From: Candidatus Woesearchaeota archaeon
GTDB taxonomy: Archaea; Nanobdellota; Nanobdellia; Woesearchaeales; JACPBO01
Direction of reading: 5' to 3'
Assembly (NCBI GenBank): GCA_016180285.1
Contig: JACPBO010000020.1
Coordinates: 1-41,952 of the forward strand
Length of the DNA stretch: 41,952 bases
Position 1 is the stretch's first letter. Each line of letters opens with the position of its first letter. Shown piece by piece: positions 25,769 through 35,110 of the stretch. A program made the position numbers and the translations under genes. The notes below the pieces were generated by a model. The model was not told the origin of the DNA. It saw nothing but the letters and a program-made list of their open reading frames with translations, and did not search any database.

Positions 25769-26125
25769 ATGACAGAGCTAATAGCCTGCCTCTCGGCAGC
25801 AAAAATAACGCAAGATTATCTGGTTAAATTAATTAACAGCCAGCAGTGGGAAAAAGTGCTCCTTGTGGCAGATGATCTCTGCAGAAAGGATTTTCCTAAA
25901 GTGAAGAATGTTGAATTTATAATCACAGATCCAAAAGAGCCGCTGCAGAAACTAAGCGAAAACATAAAAAAACAGCTTGAGAAAAAGATAACAGGCATAG
26001 AGGTTGCCTTCAACATGATCGCAGGGTCAGGAAAAGAGCACATGGCTGTATTGTCAGCATTATTAAAGCTCGGAGTTGGGATAAGGTTGATTGTGCTGAC
26101 TGAGAATGGTGCTCTAGAACTGTAA
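25769..26125 (+). CDS. Small Rossmann-like protein, possibly a standalone CARF domain
   Basis: Alternating beta/alpha pattern. VAFNMIAGSGKEH resembles CARF motif II. Confidence 0.65.
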   Translation: MTELIACLSAAKITQDYLVKLINSQQWEKVLLVADDLCRKDFPKVKNVEFIITDPKEPLQKLSENIKKQLEKKITGIEVAFNMIAGSGKEHMAVLSALLKLGVGIRLIVLTENGALEL

Positions 26126-26126
26126 T

Positions 26127-26819
26127 TTATTTCATTATCTTATACAATTGATAAAGCAATCTATCTGTTGCCCTTACAAGATCAACATTAACGCCCTTGA
26201 TCACAACACAATTACCCTTAAGCTCTACTTCAGCTTTTCCAGTTTCTTTTAAGTAAATAACCGGCTCATTTGTGTTTGTGCAGTTGATGATCGGCCTTAC
26301 GGCGCAGGGAATTGTCCTGTTTTCAGAGCATGCTGCAACAGGCATTAGTCCAAGGCCCTGCACCATGTTCAGGCTTAATTCAGCAGCAGCCAGTGCAACA
26401 TAGCCTGCCCCGGATTCTGCCGGATCAGAAGTCAAATAAATGCTTTTGCTGAAATTAAACCTGCCATCAATTTTTCCTAAAATCGATATATTTTTTATTT
26501 CGCCGGGATTGTAATGCAGCGGAATGTTGAAAATGTTGTTTTCGTTCTGTATCTGAGTGTACCACATGCCGCCTATTTTGGTGAACTTATATGCGCCGTA
26601 TTTGTATTCCTGCGGATTTTCTTCCTTGCTGTAGAAATACTTTACGCTGAATATTAATGCGAATGCAACGATCAAAACAATAATGGCTATTAGAAAAACC
26701 CTTATTGCCTTTTTGCTGTCGGTTTTTTCCTCTTCATCAGGTTCCTTTTCATCATCATCTTCAAGTGTTTTTTCTATCTCAGACACATCCTTGATCACTT
26801 CTTCATCTGCTTTTTTCAT
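26127..26819 (-). CDS. Membrane-anchored hypothetical protein (paralog of 27153-27737)
   Basis: Acidic N-terminus, one TM, and a Cys-containing domain ending GNCVVI...DRLLY. Confidence 0.75.
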   Translation of the reverse strand: MKKADEEVIKDVSEIEKTLEDDDEKEPDEEEKTDSKKAIRVFLIAIIVLIVAFALIFSVKYFYSKEENPQEYKYGAYKFTKIGGMWYTQIQNENNIFNIPLHYNPGEIKNISILGKIDGRFNFSKSIYLTSDPAESGAGYVALAAAELSLNMVQGLGLMPVAACSENRTIPCAVRPIINCTNTNEPVIYLKETGKAEVELKGNCVVIKGVNVDLVRATDRLLYQLYKIMK

Positions 26820-27151
26820 TTCAGTATGTCTGCTGCCCTTTTTATTGCAACAAAGCCATATGCCCATAATATCGGCAGCCATACGGGCATAACTCCAAAC
26901 AGGCTTCTTCTTTCAAATGTTTCTGACCCTGTAGAAATGAATAAATATTCAAAGAAAAACATCATGGCAAAGCCCAAAACCAAAAAAACAGCGTCACCCT
27001 TCTCATATCTGACCAAAAAAGAAATGGCAATAATAACAAGGTATATTGCAGCCAGAATATAGTCATTTTTCACAAATGGAGTAAGGACTATCATAAGCAA
27101 TACAGGAGTTGCTTCAATGAATACTCCGAATATGTTTTTAACAATGTCCAT
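26816..27151 (-). CDS. Four-TM membrane protein (DUF2878-like)
   Basis: Hydrophobic, with EY...G and PVWLPILW motifs. Confidence 0.7.
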   Translation of the reverse strand: MDIVKNIFGVFIEATPVLLMIVLTPFVKNDYILAAIYLVIIAISFLVRYEKGDAVFLVLGFAMMFFFEYLFISTGSETFERRSLFGVMPVWLPILWAYGFVAIKRAADILK

Positions 27152-27152
27152 T

Positions 27153-27737
27153 TTATTTTATTATTCCAAATAATCCAAATAATACCCTGTCCTTCAATCT
27201 TATAAGGCCTTCTTCATTAGTTGAATGAATGGATATGCAGTTCCCTTCCAAATCAACCCCTGTTTCATTGGAATAAGACAGCTCTATGACAGGCACAGTC
27301 GCTGTTGCATTCCTGCAGCTGACAACAGGAAGCTTGTACTCGCTTTCATTCATCAGCGAGGCTGCCGCATATATCTTTAAATTCTGCCACAGCGCATTTT
27401 GAAGGTCATACTGCGCTTTTCCCATTATCTTGCGCGTGTCTTGTGAAATATCGTAAGTGATATAAAGCATTTTAGTGTTCAATACCTTATTTACAGCATC
27501 ATTGCTTAAATTTATGTCTTCGACATTTTTTGGAAAATTGTCAAAATAAACATTCTTCCCATTTATTTTTGTTGCAAAAAGATTTCCATTTTGTGAGAAA
27601 CTATAGCCGTTATACTTCAGCTTTACAACATTTGTATACCTGTCGAAAATAACGGCAAATGTGCTGAACACCATTATGAATGCCAAAAATAATGTCACAA
27701 GTACTTGTTTGTTTATTCTTCGCTTTTTCATAAGCAA
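27153..27737 (-). CDS. Membrane-anchored hypothetical protein
   Basis: N-terminal TM, YNGYSF, C...PVI and GNCISI...DRVLF. Confidence 0.75.
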   Translation of the reverse strand: MLMKKRRINKQVLVTLFLAFIMVFSTFAVIFDRYTNVVKLKYNGYSFSQNGNLFATKINGKNVYFDNFPKNVEDINLSNDAVNKVLNTKMLYITYDISQDTRKIMGKAQYDLQNALWQNLKIYAAASLMNESEYKLPVVSCRNATATVPVIELSYSNETGVDLEGNCISIHSTNEEGLIRLKDRVLFGLFGIIK

Positions 27738-27781
27738 ATGAAGAAATGGCTTATTTATATGTTTTTCTAAATGTTTTTGTT

Positions 27782-28753
27782 TTATTCAGGCAAATATGAT
27801 AATTTATGCTCTTCATATATTAAAACAGAATTATAGCTTTTAATATCTTTGCTAAAAGCATCTTTTATCCCTTTTAAAATCGCTCTTAATTCTTTATCAC
27901 CTTTTACTTCCAAATCAATTCCTAGGTCATAAGAGCCAAGATATTTGACAAAATAGATTATGTTTGGATGCTGTTTGAAATATTGAAATATCTTTTTGAT
28001 GTTTTCAAAATTCTGAAGCCTAAATAGGACATTATGATACTGATAACCTAATTGCGATGTGTTTATTATAGGTCTAAACGCCTGGATTATGTTTTTCTTT
28101 TGCAGTTGTCTTATTCTGTAAGCAATAGCTTCTGCGGTTAGGTCTAACTTGCTTGCTATTTCGTACAATGGAATTCTTGAATTGTTTGCTAAAATTTTAA
28201 TAATCTGCAAGTCTGTTTTATCCAAATCAAATTCAGGCTCTCCTGAATAGAAAATATCAGGAGAATCATCAAATTTTTTATTAAACAAATAAGCTTTTCT
28301 ACAGGCATGATTCTCTGTTATTACAATAACATCCCTTTCCTGCACATATTGAGAGTATTTATTCAAAAAATCTGTGAAAAAATCATCAAAAACAATCGGG
28401 CTTTTTACCCATGCAATAGCCATTAGATTGTAATAGCCATCGCAGCTTACAATCCAGCCAACATATGGGCTTTTAATAAAATAGTCAATAATCTCTTTTT
28501 CTATTTCTGAGGTGATATTCTGAAATGTAAGCATTAATTTATAAGTCATATAACCAAGTTTTGTTATGTTTAAAACAGAGTAATATCCTTTAATTATACT
28601 ATCGTTCTCTAACTTCTTTATCCTGTAATTTACTACGTCCTTGCTTACACCAACTTTTTTGGCTATTTGCGAATTGCTTTGCCGGGCATTTAAGTCTAAT
28701 TGCTCCAGTATCTTTCTGTCCTTAATGTCTAATTGTATTGAATTTTGTGACAT
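27782..28753 (-). CDS. Tandem (double) Lrp/AsnC transcriptional regulator
   Basis: Two HTH-RAM units: LDIKDRKIL...NAR...YRIKKL and LDKTDLQII...NSR...YRIRQL. Confidence 0.92.
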   Translation of the reverse strand: MSQNSIQLDIKDRKILEQLDLNARQSNSQIAKKVGVSKDVVNYRIKKLENDSIIKGYYSVLNITKLGYMTYKLMLTFQNITSEIEKEIIDYFIKSPYVGWIVSCDGYYNLMAIAWVKSPIVFDDFFTDFLNKYSQYVQERDVIVITENHACRKAYLFNKKFDDSPDIFYSGEPEFDLDKTDLQIIKILANNSRIPLYEIASKLDLTAEAIAYRIRQLQKKNIIQAFRPIINTSQLGYQYHNVLFRLQNFENIKKIFQYFKQHPNIIYFVKYLGSYDLGIDLEVKGDKELRAILKGIKDAFSKDIKSYNSVLIYEEHKLSYLPE

Positions 28754-28875
28754 ATTCCATTATACCTAAAAATAAGTATTTAAATATTTCGATTTGATGG
28801 ATTTTTATAACAGAAGTTTCTTATAATAGAGTGTTATTACTATGTTATGATAAATAAATGCAAGAAGGAATTAAA

Positions 28876-29715
28876 ATGACAATCAAAAAAACATTAACAT
28901 CAATTGTTTTGACAGGAGCATTAGTTTTAGGTATTGCTGGATGTGGAATACAATATCCAGATGAGATTCCTACTAAGGTAATTAAGAAACATGAGATACA
29001 TAAATCTATCAAAGAAAACTTGAATGAGGAAAGAACAAGTCTGTTTGAAATTGGCGATCAGGAATATCTTGAAGTCTATCGCATTAAACCGGAATTCAAA
29101 GGAAAGAACATCACATTAATTGATTCGGTGCTACTTTACCCGGATAAAGAGACAGTCTGTAATGAACTTTATAAGTATAAAGGGCAGAAACCAAGGTATT
29201 TTAATGCTCATGCAGAAGTTATTGTTTATGGTGATGTTGATTCTTTGGATAAAAAGAAGTTTTATGACGCATCTGGCAATTTGTATCTACAGAAAACAAT
29301 CGATGGAATTAATTTTCTTTCAGATTTAGAGAAAAAAATCAAGATAGAAAAAGGAAGTTTAGAGCATATTGGTAATATTGATTTTGGTATAGTCGGGCAA
29401 CTTAGGTTGAATAGTGAATTTAGTGAACAATCGTTTTATGATGGGACAAGTTTGTGGTATAATAATACACTCTTGCTTGCAGTTCAAAAAACAATTGATT
29501 CAGCAAAACAAAAGCATGTGACTCATGTTTATCTTGAGCTTAGCGGTAGTGCACCAGATGGTATTCGTTTAAGTGGTAGTTTTTCTGGAGGATTAGTCTT
29601 CTCAACAGGAGAAATCACAAATCAATCAGACTATCTTATCAAAGCCGTAGCTGAGTTATATACAAAAACTGCGAACGAATCTTTAGGAATAAATCAAGGA
29701 GGGGAAAGAAAATGA
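28876..29715 (+). CDS. Putative lipoprotein
   Basis: Signal peptide with a LGIAGC lipobox-like sequence. AAGGA RBS. Confidence 0.7.
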   Translation: MTIKKTLTSIVLTGALVLGIAGCGIQYPDEIPTKVIKKHEIHKSIKENLNEERTSLFEIGDQEYLEVYRIKPEFKGKNITLIDSVLLYPDKETVCNELYKYKGQKPRYFNAHAEVIVYGDVDSLDKKKFYDASGNLYLQKTIDGINFLSDLEKKIKIEKGSLEHIGNIDFGIVGQLRLNSEFSEQSFYDGTSLWYNNTLLLAVQKTIDSAKQKHVTHVYLELSGSAPDGIRLSGSFSGGLVFSTGEITNQSDYLIKAVAELYTKTANESLGINQGGERK

Positions 29716-30779
29716 TAAAAAAATTATTCCCGATACTTATCCCGAATGAAAAAGGAAAACTAATAGAGAAAAATGAAACAATAGATTATTCTTTAGATGA
29801 TGGGCTAATCATCCCAGAAGAATTCATGAGAGATAGCATACATATATTAACAATAATGCAAGGTCCTAACTGGTGTAATTTTGAATGCCCAAATTATTGT
29901 TTTACTGAAGGCTTTGCAGAAGAAAATTTAAACGAGGGACAGTTAAAAGATATTATTAACCAAGCAAAAGATTTGGGTGCTAAGGTAACCTATTGGCCAG
30001 GACTTGGCGAATTAACACTCTCAAAAGATTTTTGGAATGTTCAGGAATATTTACATAAAAAAGACATGAAATCTGTTGTATTCACAAATGGTTCGGTTTT
30101 TTGGAATGATGGCTTAGCAAAAGAATATATAGGCATGAATTCATCCGAATTAATTGAAAAGGTAAGAGAACTTGAAATTAACCTTTATGTCAAATATTGG
30201 AATTCTGACCAAAGAAAAGCTGCGGGTATGGCCGGGGTTAAATTAGAAGAGTACCCATATTATATAATTGAAGATGGTATAGGTATTCCTCTAGCATTAA
30301 CAAAATTGATTGAAAGAATACCTCAAGAAAGGTTAGGTATTGAAACAATGGTATCAAGAGAAAATTATAGAGATGTAATTGAAAATATCATTCCTTTAGT
30401 AGAAAAGCTTGATTTGTATTGCTTTATAGAACCGATAATATTTTCTGGTAAAGCTAAAGGAAAAGAAAATGAATTATCCCTCAGTCTTGGGCAACATAAT
30501 TCTTTAGCTGACATCTATTCTAGTGGAGGAGTTTACGGTAAAAATAACTGCAAAGATAGGCAGTCAACTGAATTAGTATTAATTGGAGATAGTATGTCTC
30601 CCGGAATAGCTATACCCCCAAAAAGAGAGAACAAAGTAATAGATGATTATGGTCATACAAAAAATATATTTGATATCTTTCATAATGAATATTTTAGAAA
30701 AGTGAGAAAGATAACCCGAACGCAATTTGATGGTTGTTTATGCAGAGCAGTTTTGAATGGAGAAGTTAAATTAGAATGA
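29712..30779 (+). CDS. Radical SAM protein with an atypical Cx3Cx3C motif
   Basis: CNFECPNYC, GLGE, FTNG and C-terminal cysteines (C...GCLCRA). Confidence 0.8.
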   Translation: MIKKLFPILIPNEKGKLIEKNETIDYSLDDGLIIPEEFMRDSIHILTIMQGPNWCNFECPNYCFTEGFAEENLNEGQLKDIINQAKDLGAKVTYWPGLGELTLSKDFWNVQEYLHKKDMKSVVFTNGSVFWNDGLAKEYIGMNSSELIEKVRELEINLYVKYWNSDQRKAAGMAGVKLEEYPYYIIEDGIGIPLALTKLIERIPQERLGIETMVSRENYRDVIENIIPLVEKLDLYCFIEPIIFSGKAKGKENELSLSLGQHNSLADIYSSGGVYGKNNCKDRQSTELVLIGDSMSPGIAIPPKRENKVIDDYGHTKNIFDIFHNEYFRKVRKITRTQFDGCLCRAVLNGEVKLE

Positions 30780-30793
30780 AACAAAACAGTTAA

Positions 30794-31435
30794 ATGAGGG
30801 AAAATAAAATGACATTAGAATCAATGTTAAAACCTGTAGAATGTTTAGATAGAACAATTCAGAAACAATACACCAAACTCGGGCATAAATTGGAGAAGAA
30901 ATTACCAAAAAGAATTTTAGGTTTACTCAAATTAATTGGTACTGCATACGGTGGTGGTTGTATTGCAGAGATAGGAACGAACCTATTTGGCATTTCAAAT
31001 GAATTAAATTTAGGTCTAAGCTATAATCTAACTATGAACATAGAGGGTCTTTATAATGCTAGTGAAGTATTTTTTTGGAAGAAAGATCGCAACATTGTAA
31101 GTGAATCCACCCCCATCGACCCAGTTGATACCTTTTATAAATCATATAATTGATTATTAAGACTCCCCGTTTTCTTAACAGGAGCAACATTTTTGGGTAA
31201 AGCCCTAATATATAACGCAACTAATATAGACCCCGCGTATGATGTGTCTATGGGAATAGGATTTCTAAGTCTAGCATCATCGTTGTACCTGAATGACCAA
31301 GATCCAATGTTATTAAAAAAAGCAGATAGTAAGGTAAAGGTATTTTTAAAGAATATATATGAAAAAGCTAAGGATTTGATAATATCTCCAAATCCAGCAC
31401 TTCAGCCAATACCTATTCCAACAAAGATAACTTAA
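30794..31435 (+). pseudogene. Membrane protein gene interrupted by one in-frame TGA (31151-31153)
   Basis: ORFs 30794-31153 and 31193-31435 share a frame. The intervening codons read LLRLPVFLTGATF. Confidence 0.7.
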
Positions 31436-31646
31436 ATTATTGACTGTTCTTAGAGAATTACGTTGGTGTAAGTTCATTAAAACAAGAACTATTTGATTTA
31501 GGATTTAAGCTGATGGATGAAATTAAACTTCTTGTTGATGAGCTTCATGACACTGTTGGAATGATTTTCAAAAAATAAAAGTCTGTTTTTATTGATTTTT
31601 GAGTCATCTTATGTATGAAACGTATGATTAATACGAAAAGTTTATA

Positions 31647-31666
31647 AAGTATGAAAAATCATACTT
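31647..31666 (+). promoter_or_regulatory. Palindromic operator between the TATA box and the AbrB gene
   Basis: AAGTATGA-AAAA-TCATACTT perfect IR right after TTTATAAA, with more GTATGA half-sites at 31613 and 31622. Confidence 0.7.
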
Positions 31667-31670
31667 AAAA

Positions 31671-31910
31671 ATGCTTGAGGACAGGTCATTCGAGTATTAC
31701 GGAAGCACGATCATAGGCGAAAGAGGGCAGATGGTGCTGCCGTCAAAACTGAGAAAAAAATTAGGAATAGGCAAAGGAGAAAAATTTCTTGTATTAAGCG
31801 GTGAAAAAATGGGAGCCCGCGGAATCATTTTGGTCAAGGCCGATGTAATGACTAAATTGCTGTCAAAATTTTTCGGAGGGGATATAAATAAAATGCTGAA
31901 GGAAAAATGA
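31671..31910 (+). CDS. AbrB/MazE/SpoVT-family regulator
   Basis: GERGQMVLPSKLRKKLGIGKGE motif. Confidence 0.9.
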   Translation: MLEDRSFEYYGSTIIGERGQMVLPSKLRKKLGIGKGEKFLVLSGEKMGARGIILVKADVMTKLLSKFFGGDINKMLKEK

Positions 31911-32599
31911 GCGCGATAATCGAATTAAGGAATGTTTGGAAAACATACAATATGGGTGAAGTTGAGGTTAATGCATTATGCGGCCTAAACCTTAAAATAA
32001 AAAAAGGCGAGTTTGTTGCAATACAGGGACCGAGCGGCAGCGGAAAAAGCACAGCAATGAACATGGTTGGCTGCCTTGATATTCCGACAAAAGGCGACAT
32101 CTTCCTTGAAGGCCAGAATATAGCCAAATTGCGCGAATCAGAGCTTGCCCAGATAAGGGGCAGAAAAATAGGCTTCATATTCCAGCAGTTCAACCTGATC
32201 CCCACATTAACTGCCATTGAAAATGTTGCCCTGCCAATGACTTTCCAGGATGTGCCGGCAGATGAGCGCATAAAAGCTGCAAAAGAGCTTTTGGCAATAG
32301 TTGGGTTAACTGACAGGATGCGCCACAAGCCTTCAGAAATGAGCGGAGGCCAGCAGCAAAGAGTGGCAATTGCCAGATCGCTTGCTAACAATCCCGATGT
32401 GATGCTGGCCGACGAGCCAACTGGGAATCTCGACAGCAGAAGCGGCAGGGATATAATACACTTTTTAAAAAAGATGCATGAAAAAGAAGGCAAAACTTTC
32501 ATTTTGGTCACGCATGACGCAGCTCTTGCAAAAGAAGCAGACAGGATTGAATATCTCAGAGATGGTAAAATCGTAAAAAGCCTTAACGAGGTGGGTTAG
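31907..32599 (+). CDS. ABC transporter ATP-binding protein (MacB/LolD type)
   Basis: GPSGSGKS, MSGGQQQR, ADEPTGNLD and VTHD motifs. Confidence 0.95.
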   Translation: MSAIIELRNVWKTYNMGEVEVNALCGLNLKIKKGEFVAIQGPSGSGKSTAMNMVGCLDIPTKGDIFLEGQNIAKLRESELAQIRGRKIGFIFQQFNLIPTLTAIENVALPMTFQDVPADERIKAAKELLAIVGLTDRMRHKPSEMSGGQQQRVAIARSLANNPDVMLADEPTGNLDSRSGRDIIHFLKKMHEKEGKTFILVTHDAALAKEADRIEYLRDGKIVKSLNEVG

Positions 32600-33856
32600 A
32601 TGAATAAAAAAATATTGCACGTGATTTTGGTTTTTGTTTTGCTGGCGATTTCAATAAACATTGTTTATGCAATAACAACCACTACAACTGTTGCTAACCC
32701 GGAAAGCAGGGATATAAAAATAACGCTGATAAGCCAGGAGCCTGACCCTGCAGAGCCTGCGGGATATGTTGACCTGCGCTTTAAAGCTGAAAACTGGGGA
32801 ACAAGGGCGGCTTCTAATGTAACGCTTGACATTCTTCCGCAATATCCGTTTTCAATCGGCTCTGGAGACAGCGCATCAAAAAACCTCGGCAGCATATCCG
32901 GAATACAGCTGGGCTCAGAAGGAGTCATTGCAAAGTTCAGGCTTAAGGTCGATGAGAATGCTGTTGATGGTGAAAACGAAATCAAGGTCCGCTACAAAAC
33001 AGCATCAGGCTCTGAGTGGGTTGTAACAAGCGCATTCAATGTAAGCATACAAGCGCATGAAGCAATAATATCAGTTGAATCAGCAAATTCAACGCCAAGA
33101 ATAATTGTGCCAGGAAACGAAGCCGCGCTGAATGTTGTAATTAAGAACATTGCAAGCTCTCTTTTAAAAGACATCAGGATCAAGCTTAATTTAAATGACA
33201 CTCCGTTTGCCCCAATAGACTCATCCAATGAAAAAGCAATAAAAAATCTTGATGCAGGATTAAAGGAAACAGCAACATTCAAGCTGATAACTGCCCCGGA
33301 TACAAAGGCAGATGTTTATAAGGTTCCGCTTGAAATCAGCTATATGGACAGGCTTGGAAAGAATTACACAAAAGCGCATTTAATCGGCTTAGTTGTCGGC
33401 TCAGCCCCAGACCTCTACATCAGCATAGAAAGCTCAACAATATACAAGATTGGAAGCTCAGGCAAAATCATCATTAAGTTTGTAAACAAAGGATTGACAG
33501 ACATAAAATTTGTGAATGCAAGGCTGAAAGAAACAAATGACTATGAAATAGTCTCGCCTGATGTTGTTTATGTTGGGAATGTGGATTCAGATGATTATGA
33601 AACAGCAGAATTCAGGCTGTTCCTGAAAAATGCAAAAGACGGCAAGGTGATTCTTCCGCTCGCAGTTGATTACAAGGATGCAAACAACAAGGATTATTCT
33701 GCCAACATCAGCCTGGAGCTCAAGATAATCAGCCCTGAAAAGCTCGGCATAAAGCAGGGCAATGGCTTTTGGGGAATTATTTTGTTGATCATCATTGCAG
33801 CTGCAGCATGGTGGGGCTACAGTAAATTGAAAAAGAGCAGAAGGAAAAAAGCTTAA
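32600..33856 (+). CDS. COG1361-like S-layer-domain protein
   Basis: Signal peptide, repeated Ig-like modules and a C-terminal TM anchor, within an ABC operon. Confidence 0.8.
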   Translation: MNKKILHVILVFVLLAISINIVYAITTTTTVANPESRDIKITLISQEPDPAEPAGYVDLRFKAENWGTRAASNVTLDILPQYPFSIGSGDSASKNLGSISGIQLGSEGVIAKFRLKVDENAVDGENEIKVRYKTASGSEWVVTSAFNVSIQAHEAIISVESANSTPRIIVPGNEAALNVVIKNIASSLLKDIRIKLNLNDTPFAPIDSSNEKAIKNLDAGLKETATFKLITAPDTKADVYKVPLEISYMDRLGKNYTKAHLIGLVVGSAPDLYISIESSTIYKIGSSGKIIIKFVNKGLTDIKFVNARLKETNDYEIVSPDVVYVGNVDSDDYETAEFRLFLKNAKDGKVILPLAVDYKDANNKDYSANISLELKIISPEKLGIKQGNGFWGIILLIIIAAAAWWGYSKLKKSRRKKA

Positions 33857-33886
33857 TTTATTTTTTCTTTTTGATAATGGATAAAA

Positions 33887-35110
33887 ATGCTCAAAGACTA
33901 CATTAAGTTTGCATACAGCAATTTTTTGCACAGAAAGAAAAGGGGAATCCTCACAATCATAGGCATATTGATAGGGATAGCTGCCATTGTTGCGCTTATT
34001 TCATTGAGCACTGGCATGAAAGCTGCGCTTAATGAGGAATTCAAAAAAGTAGGCTCAAACAGGGTTATTATTGAAGCCGGCGGCATTGCATTTGGCCCGC
34101 CGGGAGCAGGCTCTTCGCTTTCTGCATCTGAATTGACAAAAAAAGATATTGATGCTGTAAGCAAAGTTGCTGGAGTGGATTTCGCAACCGGGATTCTTTC
34201 AGAAACAGCAAGAATTGAATTTCAGGACAAAGTTAAGCATACACTTGTTTTCGGAGTTTCAACTGATGCAGAAACAAGAAAAAGATTGGATGAAATAGGC
34301 CTTTTTGAAATAGGTGAAGGACGGCAATTAAAGCAAACTGATAAATACAAGGCAGTTCTGGGCTATAAGGTGGTGCATGATCTCTTCAATGTCGATATAA
34401 GGCTGGGAGATAAAATAAAAGTTGAAGGCAAGGAATTCGAGGTTGTCGGCATTCAGAAACTGATTGGAACTGGCATTCATGACCTTCTTGTCAGAATTCC
34501 CCTTGATACAGCAAGGGAAATATTCAGCGAGCCTGAAAAAATATCATCAATAATGGTCACAACCTCGGCCGGGTTTGAGCCATCCAAAGTGGCCGAGGCA
34601 ATAAAGAAAGAGCTTAGGAAATTCAGGAATGTTAAAGAAAATGAAGAAGATTTCACAGTGCAGACAGTTGAGCAGAGGGTTGCAACTGTTACAGTTATTC
34701 TTGATGTTGTGCAGGCAGTCTTGATAGGTATTGCTGCAATAAGCCTTATTGTTGGCGGAATCGGCATAATGAATACTATGTACACTTCTGTTTTGGAGAG
34801 AACAAAAGAGATAGGGATAATGAAGGCAATTGGAGCTAAAAATTCAGACATTGCAAAGATTTTTTTGATAGAATCAGGGCTTCTTAGCCTTGCTGGCGGC
34901 TTTATCGGAGTTGTTATCGGCATTTCAATAGCAAAGGCAGTTGAATTTGTTGTGCAGGGCTATGGCATAACATTGTTCAGGGCAAACATCAGCCCTTTAT
35001 TGATAATCAGCGCTTTGGCATTTTCATTTTTAATAGGATCTGTTTCAGGCTCTTTGCCGGCAAGGCAGGCTGCATTATTAAGCCCGGTAGATGCATTGAG
35101 GAAAAAATGA
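33887..35110 (+). CDS. ABC transporter permease (MacB/FtsX)
   Basis: GGIGIMNTMYTSVLERTKEIGIMKAIGA and PARQAA motifs. Confidence 0.93.
   Translation: MLKDYIKFAYSNFLHRKKRGILTIIGILIGIAAIVALISLSTGMKAALNEEFKKVGSNRVIIEAGGIAFGPPGAGSSLSASELTKKDIDAVSKVAGVDFATGILSETARIEFQDKVKHTLVFGVSTDAETRKRLDEIGLFEIGEGRQLKQTDKYKAVLGYKVVHDLFNVDIRLGDKIKVEGKEFEVVGIQKLIGTGIHDLLVRIPLDTAREIFSEPEKISSIMVTTSAGFEPSKVAEAIKKELRKFRNVKENEEDFTVQTVEQRVATVTVILDVVQAVLIGIAAISLIVGGIGIMNTMYTSVLERTKEIGIMKAIGAKNSDIAKIFLIESGLLSLAGGFIGVVIGISIAKAVEFVVQGYGITLFRANISPLLIISALAFSFLIGSVSGSLPARQAALLSPVDALRKK

Noticed and set aside
30794..31435. Selenocysteine or alternative genetic code
   Set aside because: There is no Cys-like context, and TGA and TAG end many well-defined genes in this window.
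31444..31578. Start-less open frame ending ...DEIKLLVDELHDTVGMIFKK*
   Set aside because: Possibly a displaced gene 3' end at the cassette edge, but it has no start signal or identifiable family and no parent gene in the window.
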